64,000 nt of DNA, taken from positions 50,009 to 114,008 of the forward strand of contig CALAHN010000088.1 of assembly GCA_937891825.1 (NCBI GenBank), in the 5' to 3' direction. The DNA is from an uncultured Alphaproteobacteria bacterium. Its GTDB lineage: Bacteria > Pseudomonadota > Alphaproteobacteria > Bin95. The notes below the pieces were generated by a model. That model made no database searches, was not told where the DNA came from, and was given only the letters and a program-made list of their open reading frames with translations. Positions 58,495 to 64,000 of this stretch are shown in pieces. The number at the start of each line of letters is the position of its first letter. Within the stretch, counting starts at the first letter, position 1. Both the position numbers and the translations under genes were made by a program.

Positions 58495-59670
58495 CTATTC
58501 GGCGGCGGACGCTTGGCCGCGCCCCGTGAAGCGCGGCATCACGTCGGCGGCGAAGCGCTCGAGCTGTTCGATCATAACGGCGCCAGGCGTCCCCATGCTG
58601 GATTGCACGTTGACATCTTCCAGGCCCGGAAACTTTTCCTGCAATTCTTCGAGATAGGCGACGAAGCCATCGGCGGGGCCGCAATACCAGGACCCGGTTT
58701 CGACGGCGCGCGTCAGCGTCGGGATCCCGGCGTCGTCCCAGCCGCCGCGTTCGCCGAGACGGCTCATCTGCGCATCGGTCATCGGCACCATGCCAAGCGG
58801 CGCGAACATCTTCAGATGCTCCTCGAAGTAGGGCGTGGCTTCTCTGATCGCCTGCTCCCGCGTCGGCGCGATATGGAAGTTGAGGCCGAGGCAGAGGTTC
58901 TGGCCAAGCGCGACGTCATGGCCGGCGCGCTCGTAAGCTTCCTTGAAGGCGACGATAGGGCGCTCCGCCATCAGCGCCGATCCGCCGCCGACGATGCCCT
59001 TGATGCCGTGCTTCGCCATGAAATCCAGACCGCGCGGCTTGGCGCTGACAATCGGCTGCCAGCATTCCGCGCCGCGATAGAGCGGGCGGGGCACCAGCGT
59101 CAGATCCTCGACCCTGTAACCGCGATAGGGCACGTCCGGCGGCAGGTCATAGGCTCTGCCCCGGTGGGCGAAGCGGTCGGACGTCAGCGCTTTCAGGATA
59201 ATCTCGACCTGTTCCTCGAACAGATCGCGATTGGCGTCTGCGTCCTGCAGAACGCCGCCCAGGCTTTCGACCTCGCGGGTGTGATAGCCCCGGCCGACGC
59301 CGAAGATCACCCGGCCCCTGGTCAGGATATCGGCGGTCGCATAATCCTCGGCCAGGCGGAGCGGATGCCACATCGGCGCGACGTTGAAGCCGCAGCCGAA
59401 ATTCAGCCGCTTCGTGACATGGGCCAGATGCACGAAGAACAGCGGCAGGTTCGGAATGCACTCATAGCCTTCGCGCTGGAAATGATGCTCAGCCATCCAA
59501 AGCGCGTGATAGCCAAGCCGGTCCATGGCGACGGCCATCGCCTCGGCCTTGTCGAACACTGTCGCAAGCGCTGCATTGTCATAGAGCCTGTCGTTGGCCG
59601 GCGTCGCCAGTTGGCCCATGTCTTCAAGGTCGATATGGCCGGCGAAGAGGCTGGCGATCCGCTTGATCAT
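58495..59670 (-). CDS. LLM-class flavin-dependent oxidoreductase
   Basis: 391 aa luciferase-like monooxygenase pattern (WMAEHHF, GVGRGY). Confidence 0.85.
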   Translation of the reverse strand: MIKRIASLFAGHIDLEDMGQLATPANDRLYDNAALATVFDKAEAMAVAMDRLGYHALWMAEHHFQREGYECIPNLPLFFVHLAHVTKRLNFGCGFNVAPMWHPLRLAEDYATADILTRGRVIFGVGRGYHTREVESLGGVLQDADANRDLFEEQVEIILKALTSDRFAHRGRAYDLPPDVPYRGYRVEDLTLVPRPLYRGAECWQPIVSAKPRGLDFMAKHGIKGIVGGGSALMAERPIVAFKEAYERAGHDVALGQNLCLGLNFHIAPTREQAIREATPYFEEHLKMFAPLGMVPMTDAQMSRLGERGGWDDAGIPTLTRAVETGSWYCGPADGFVAYLEELQEKFPGLEDVNVQSSMGTPGAVMIEQLERFAADVMPRFTGRGQASAAE

Positions 59671-60896
59671 TGGTCCTGCTCCTGCGGTTTGCCGAAGGCG
59701 CCGGCGCTGCGGAGATCGGCGACCTTCTCGTCCGAATAGCTCAGCACGCCCGCCAGAATCTCCGCCGTGTGCTGCCCAAGCCGGGGCACTTCGGTCGGGC
59801 GGACGACCGGCGTTTCGGAGAATTTGAGCGGCGAGGCGACAAGCTGCACGGTCTCGCCGTCGAACCCGACGGGCGCCAGCATGCCGCGACCGGCCGCTTC
59901 AGGCGATTGCACCGCTTCAAGCGGCGAGCGGACGGCGCCGCCCGGCACCCCCGCCGCGCGCATCGCCTCGACCCAGTGCTCGCGCGCGTTCGTCAGGAAG
60001 ACAGCTTCAATCTCCGCCTCCAGGGCGTCGCGATTGTTCATGCGGTCCGTCAGTGTGGCATAGCGCGGGTCGGTCAGGAGGTCCGGCCTTTGCAGCACGT
60101 CGCGGGCAAACTTCGTGAACTGCCGGTTATTCCCGACGACGATCATGATCGGTCCGTCGCTGCACTGGAACACGCCCAAGGGGACCAGGGCATAGGACTT
60201 GTTGCCCATGCGCGGCGGGTCCTCGCCGGTCAATTGCGCGTGGGCGCCGACATAGCCAAGCGCCGAGAGCATCGAATCGAACAGGGAGACTTCGACGAAC
60301 TGGCCTCGTCCCGTGCGGTGGCGGGCGTTCAGGGCGCCCAGCACCGCCATGCCTGCATGCAGGCCGGTAAAGCTGTCGCCAATCGAGCCGCCGGCTTTCT
60401 GCGGCTCCATCTCGCGGGGGCCGGTCAGGTACATGATGCCGGTTTCCGCCTGGGCGATCGGGTCATAGCCCGCCACCAGCCGGAAGGGGCTGGTGTGGCC
60501 GTAGCCCGAAATCGAGCAATAGATCAGGCGCGGATTGATTTTGGAGAGCGCCGCGTAATCGATGCCTTGGCGCTCCATTACATCCGGGCGGAAATTCTCG
60601 ACCACGATATCCGCCTTGGCCGCCAGGTCGAAGATCACGGAGCGCCCGGCCTCAGAGGTTATATCGATCTCGATGCTGCGCTTGTTGCGATTAAGGCCGA
60701 CAAAGCCCGGCGCATCCTTGGTCCACCCGGTCGGCCGGTAGTGGCGCATGTCGTCGCCGACGCCGGGCGCTTCGACCTTGATGACATCCGCGCCCATATC
60801 GGCCAGCATCTGGGTCAGGAACGGACCGGCGATAACGCGCGTGAAGTCGAGAACGGTCAATCCGCTGAGCGCGGCTTCGGGCAGGTCTTTGTTCAA
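59667..60896 (-). CDS. CoA-transferase family III (CaiB/BaiF) protein
   Basis: TTG start (60896..60894) preceded by AGGGAGAA RBS. LNKDLPEAALSGLTVLDFTRVIAGP is the canonical N-terminus; 409 aa. The track's 602-aa ORF is a 5' over-extension. Confidence 0.8.
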   Translation of the reverse strand: MNKDLPEAALSGLTVLDFTRVIAGPFLTQMLADMGADVIKVEAPGVGDDMRHYRPTGWTKDAPGFVGLNRNKRSIEIDITSEAGRSVIFDLAAKADIVVENFRPDVMERQGIDYAALSKINPRLIYCSISGYGHTSPFRLVAGYDPIAQAETGIMYLTGPREMEPQKAGGSIGDSFTGLHAGMAVLGALNARHRTGRGQFVEVSLFDSMLSALGYVGAHAQLTGEDPPRMGNKSYALVPLGVFQCSDGPIMIVVGNNRQFTKFARDVLQRPDLLTDPRYATLTDRMNNRDALEAEIEAVFLTNAREHWVEAMRAAGVPGGAVRSPLEAVQSPEAAGRGMLAPVGFDGETVQLVASPLKFSETPVVRPTEVPRLGQHTAEILAGVLSYSDEKVADLRSAGAFGKPQEQDQ

Positions 60897-60992
60897 GGCG
60901 TATTCTCCCTTTGAACCAAGTCTAGGCGAGGCCGGGCATGGCGGGCAATCGACCGGCGCGACGTCCTGGCGGCGCTGACAGGGGGGACGGGC

Positions 60993-61829
60993 ATGACGTA
61001 TTTCAATGAACAGCCGCTTGGCGCGCCGATCGGCACGGAGATTGTCGATCTGGATCTTTCGGAGCCATTGAGCGACCGGGCGTTCGCCGCGCTCGGCGAG
61101 GCCTTTGCGCGCCACCCCGTGCTGGCGTTTCGCGGCCAGACATTGGCTGCGGACCGCATGAGCGCGTTCGCCCGCCGGTTCGGGCCGATCATGGCGGGGG
61201 TCGATCCGAAATACCGGCATCCGGACACGCCGGAAATCTCGTTTCTGACGAATGTCGATCAGGACGGCGGCGTCGATCAGTTCGGGGCGCGCCGCGCGTC
61301 GGCCTGGCATTATGACGGCAGTTTTTCGACCGCGCCGCCGGCCGCCGCCATGCTTTACGGGATCGAGCTGCCTGCGATCGGCGGCGGCACCGAGTTCGCC
61401 GATACGGCGCGCGCGCTTGAGCGCCTGCCAGCCGCGCTTCGCCAACGCATTGAGGGCCTTCAAACGGTCAATCATTTCGGCCTGGGGCCGGAGGGCAGGG
61501 ACTATTATGACGGTCTGACGCCGGAGCGTTGGGGGCAGTATCGCCCGGTCCGGAAGCCATTAATTTTAGCACATCCGAAGACCGGCCGGCCGGGTCTGTC
61601 CTTCTGCATGATCCACACGGCAGGCATCGCCGGCATGCGCCATGGCGAGGCCGCCGAACTTCTCCGTGAGTTGCTGGCCCATGTCGCCCAGACGGACAAT
61701 GTCTACTATCACCGCTGGCGGCCGGGCGATGTGGTGCTGTGGGACGAGCATGCGACCATGCACCGGAACGCTGGCGATTTCCCGCCAGCGCAGCGGCGCA
61801 TCATGTTGCGCGCCATGATGCTGCCCTAG
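60993..61829 (+). CDS. TauD/TfdA-family Fe(II)/2-oxoglutarate dioxygenase
   Basis: 278 aa with WHYDGSF (His-x-Asp facial triad) and a C-terminal His region. Confidence 0.85.
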   Translation: MTYFNEQPLGAPIGTEIVDLDLSEPLSDRAFAALGEAFARHPVLAFRGQTLAADRMSAFARRFGPIMAGVDPKYRHPDTPEISFLTNVDQDGGVDQFGARRASAWHYDGSFSTAPPAAAMLYGIELPAIGGGTEFADTARALERLPAALRQRIEGLQTVNHFGLGPEGRDYYDGLTPERWGQYRPVRKPLILAHPKTGRPGLSFCMIHTAGIAGMRHGEAAELLRELLAHVAQTDNVYYHRWRPGDVVLWDEHATMHRNAGDFPPAQRRIMLRAMMLP

Positions 61830-61926
61830 ATCAAATCAACCTTAGGCGGAATCGCCTAAGGTTGGATAATTTGATCGCTATCAATAAGATAGAGCATGGC
61901 GCGTCCACTTGGACGCGCCATGCTCT
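61827..61926 (-). repeat. ~100-nt two-hairpin intergenic repeat, copy C (inverted relative to A/B)
   Basis: Reverse complement reads AGCATGGCGCGTCCAAGTGGACGCGCCATGCTCT...TTGATAGCGATC...CCAACCTTAGGCGATTCCGCCTAAGGTTGG, ~88% identical to copy A, with compensatory stem changes. Confidence 0.75.
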
Positions 61927-61957
61927 AGGCCGCCGCCGCTTAGCCTATCGGCAGTTC

Positions 61958-63271
61958 TCAGGCGGGCGCGTCATCTTCAGGGCTTGCCGCGGCTGTCGCT
62001 GGATGCACCGGGCTTGGGCGGATCGTGCCCCGGCAGGCGCCGAAGCCGATCCTGTAGCCGTCGCCCTTGGCCGCGCCGCGGAGGGTGACCGCGTCGCCAT
62101 CCTCCAGGAACCGCCGGGCCGCGCCATCCAGATCGAGCGGCTCCGCGCCGTTCCAGGTCAGTTCGAGCAACGAGCCGCAGCTATCCCGCGTCGGGCCGGA
62201 AATCGTGCCGGAGCCAAGGAGATCGCCGATGTTCATGGCGCAGCCGCATGCCGCATGATGCGCCAACTGCTGGGCGGCGGAGAAATACATGTGCCGGAAG
62301 TTCGTGCGGCTGATGACATGCTCCTTGCCGCCAGCCGGGCGGAGGCTGATTTCCAGATTGATGTCGTAAAGCCCCGGCGCGCTTTCCTGCAGGTAAGGCA
62401 GCAGAGGCTTTTCTGGCGGCGGGGCGGCGAGGCGGAACGGCTCAAGCGCTTCCGCCGTCACAACCCAGGGCGAGACCGTCGTGGCGAAGGCCTTCGCCTG
62501 GAAGGGGCCGAGCGGCTGGTATTCCCAGACCTGAAGATCCCGGGCCGACCAATCGTTCAGCAGAACGAACCCGAAGATCATGCGGGCGGCTTCCTCCGTG
62601 GTGATCGGCGTCCCCATGCGGCTTGGCGCGCCGACGATAGCGCCCATCTCAAGCTCGATATCGAGGCGCTCGGACGGGCCGAAGCGCGGCGCCGCATCGT
62701 CCGGGCCCTTCAATTGCCCAAGCGGCCGGATGACCGGCGTATCGGAGACCACGACTGTCGAAGCGCGGCCGTTATAGCCGATCGGCATGTGGAGCCAGTT
62801 CGGCGGCAAGGCATTCTCAGCGCCTCGAAACATCGTGCCGACATTCGTCGCGTGCTCGCGTGAGGCATAGAAATCGGTGTAGCCCGATATGGCGAACGGC
62901 AGGTGGAGGTCCGCCTGCTCCATGGGCACGATCGTCGCCTGGATTAACTCCGGGTCATCCCGCAGCCGGGGCTCGTCGGCGGAGAGCAGGCGGGAGAGCA
63001 TGGCGCGCGTCTCCGACCATACCTCCGGGCCGAGCGCCATGAAGTAGTTCAGGCAGGGCTGCGCGAAGACGGACCCGTCCTTGTCCGGGTCGGCCGCGTA
63101 TTCCAGGGCCGCCATGTCGACGATCTGATCGCCGATGGCGACGCCGACCCGGCGGTCCCGGTCGTCGGTCGAGAACACGCCGAACGGCAGGTTCTGGATC
63201 GGGAAATCGCTCGCGGGGTCGTTGGCGCTTTCGATCCAGGATTTGAGCGCGGGATCATGGGTCGGGTTCAT
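61958..63271 (-). CDS. fahA: fumarylacetoacetase
   Basis: 437 aa with FAH N-terminal and C-terminal catalytic domains (SWIESANDPASDFPIQNLPFGVF..., GDLLGSGTISG). Confidence 0.9.
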   Translation of the reverse strand: MNPTHDPALKSWIESANDPASDFPIQNLPFGVFSTDDRDRRVGVAIGDQIVDMAALEYAADPDKDGSVFAQPCLNYFMALGPEVWSETRAMLSRLLSADEPRLRDDPELIQATIVPMEQADLHLPFAISGYTDFYASREHATNVGTMFRGAENALPPNWLHMPIGYNGRASTVVVSDTPVIRPLGQLKGPDDAAPRFGPSERLDIELEMGAIVGAPSRMGTPITTEEAARMIFGFVLLNDWSARDLQVWEYQPLGPFQAKAFATTVSPWVVTAEALEPFRLAAPPPEKPLLPYLQESAPGLYDINLEISLRPAGGKEHVISRTNFRHMYFSAAQQLAHHAACGCAMNIGDLLGSGTISGPTRDSCGSLLELTWNGAEPLDLDGAARRFLEDGDAVTLRGAAKGDGYRIGFGACRGTIRPSPVHPATAAASPEDDAPA

Positions 63272-63276
63272 CGCAG

Positions 63277-64000
63277 CTACTCTCCGTTCCAGGTGGGTCG
63301 GTCGGGATCGAAATGGTCGCGGAGGCCCGCCCAGACATCGGGATATCCCGCTTGCAGGGTCGCGAGACCAGCCGCATAGCGGGTCAGTTGCTGGGGATAT
63401 CGGGTCTCGAACATGAAGGCGAGAGTGTTGTCCAGCTTCTCCGGCGCCAGCGTCTTCAGGGAAGCGCCATAAAATGCCGCCGCGTCGGGTCCGTGGGGGA
63501 GCATGCAGTTATGCAGGGACATTCCGCCCGGCACGAAGCCCTCAGGCTTGGCGTCGTAGACGCCGGCGATCAGCCCCATGAATTCCGACATGACATTCAT
63601 GTGATACCAGGGCGGCCGAAAGCTGTTCTCGGCGACGAGCCAACGCGGCGGGAAGATGACGAAGTCGATATTCGCCGTGCCCGGCTCGCCCAGGGGCGCG
63701 GTCAGAACCGTGAAGATCGACGGGTCGGCGTGATCGTTCAGAATCGGTCCGACTGGGGAATATTGCTTCAGATCATATTTGTAGGGCGCATAGTTTCCAT
63801 GCCACGCGACCACGTCCAGGGGCGACTGGCCGATCTCGCTTGCCTGGAAGCGGCCGCACCATTTCAAAATCAGCCGGCAGGGCGTGTCCGATTTCGCTTC
63901 GAATGCGGCGACGGGGGTAAGGAAATCCCGGCGGTTCGCCATGCAGTTCGCGCCGATCGGGCCGCGTTCGGGGCAGGTCAACTGCGCGCCGTAATTCTCG
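63277..64000 (-). CDS. hmgA: homogentisate 1,2-dioxygenase, C-terminal part (gene continues beyond the window end)
   Basis: [34 protein letters not shown] and MFETR are HGD hallmarks. The frame stays open to position 64000. Confidence 0.85.
   Translation of the reverse strand, partial: ENYGAQLTCPERGPIGANCMANRRDFLTPVAAFEAKSDTPCRLILKWCGRFQASEIGQSPLDVVAWHGNYAPYKYDLKQYSPVGPILNDHADPSIFTVLTAPLGEPGTANIDFVIFPPRWLVAENSFRPPWYHMNVMSEFMGLIAGVYDAKPEGFVPGGMSLHNCMLPHGPDAAAFYGASLKTLAPEKLDNTLAFMFETRYPQQLTRYAAGLATLQAGYPDVWAGLRDHFDPDRPTWNGE

Noticed and set aside
60897-61475. N-terminal 190 codons of the 602-aa minus-strand ORF 59667..61475
   Set aside because: The CoA-transferase family begins at LNKDLPEAALSGLTVLDF with a TTG start and good RBS at 60896. 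The upstream extension is Arg-rich, overlaps the divergent TauD gene antisense, and is an open-frame artefact.

Overview
High-GC (~66%) chromosomal segment of an alphaproteobacterium, densely coded and mostly housekeeping. Left third: dprA(partial)-plsY-pyrC-pyrB, phaC, hom, glpX, recJ, gabD, rpiA, cobD and polA. Middle: a ~15 kb flagellar locus containing flgH/A/G/F, fliL/M, a motE-like gene, cheY, a 990-aa secreted TPR protein, fliP/O, a small FlhB-C-terminal paralog, csrA, flgB/C, fliE, fliQ/R and flhB, followed by a CckA-like hybrid kinase. Right third: recA, alaS, thiolase, an MFS pump, folE, a D-carbamoylase/hydantoin-racemase pair, and an oxidoreductase-rich block (two nitronate monooxygenases, cytochrome c', an LLM monooxygenase, a CaiB CoA-transferase, a TauD dioxygenase) ending in fahA/hmgA. 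No tRNA or rRNA genes, CRISPR arrays, transposases or integrases were seen. Most interesting observations: (1) an orphan CsrA (no FliW) co-operonic with an FlhB-C paralog inside the flagellar locus, divergent from flgB across a CtrA-box-like promoter; (2) a 990-aa signal-peptide/AMIN-like/TPR protein next to motE that may be an undescribed periplasmic flagellar motor component; (3) a ~100-nt two-hairpin intergenic repeat family present in three copies at convergent gene junctions, with compensatory stem mutations; (4) a 58-aa secreted-peptide gene absent from the ORF track. Many long Arg/Ala-rich ORFs in the track are antisense GC artefacts and were rejected.
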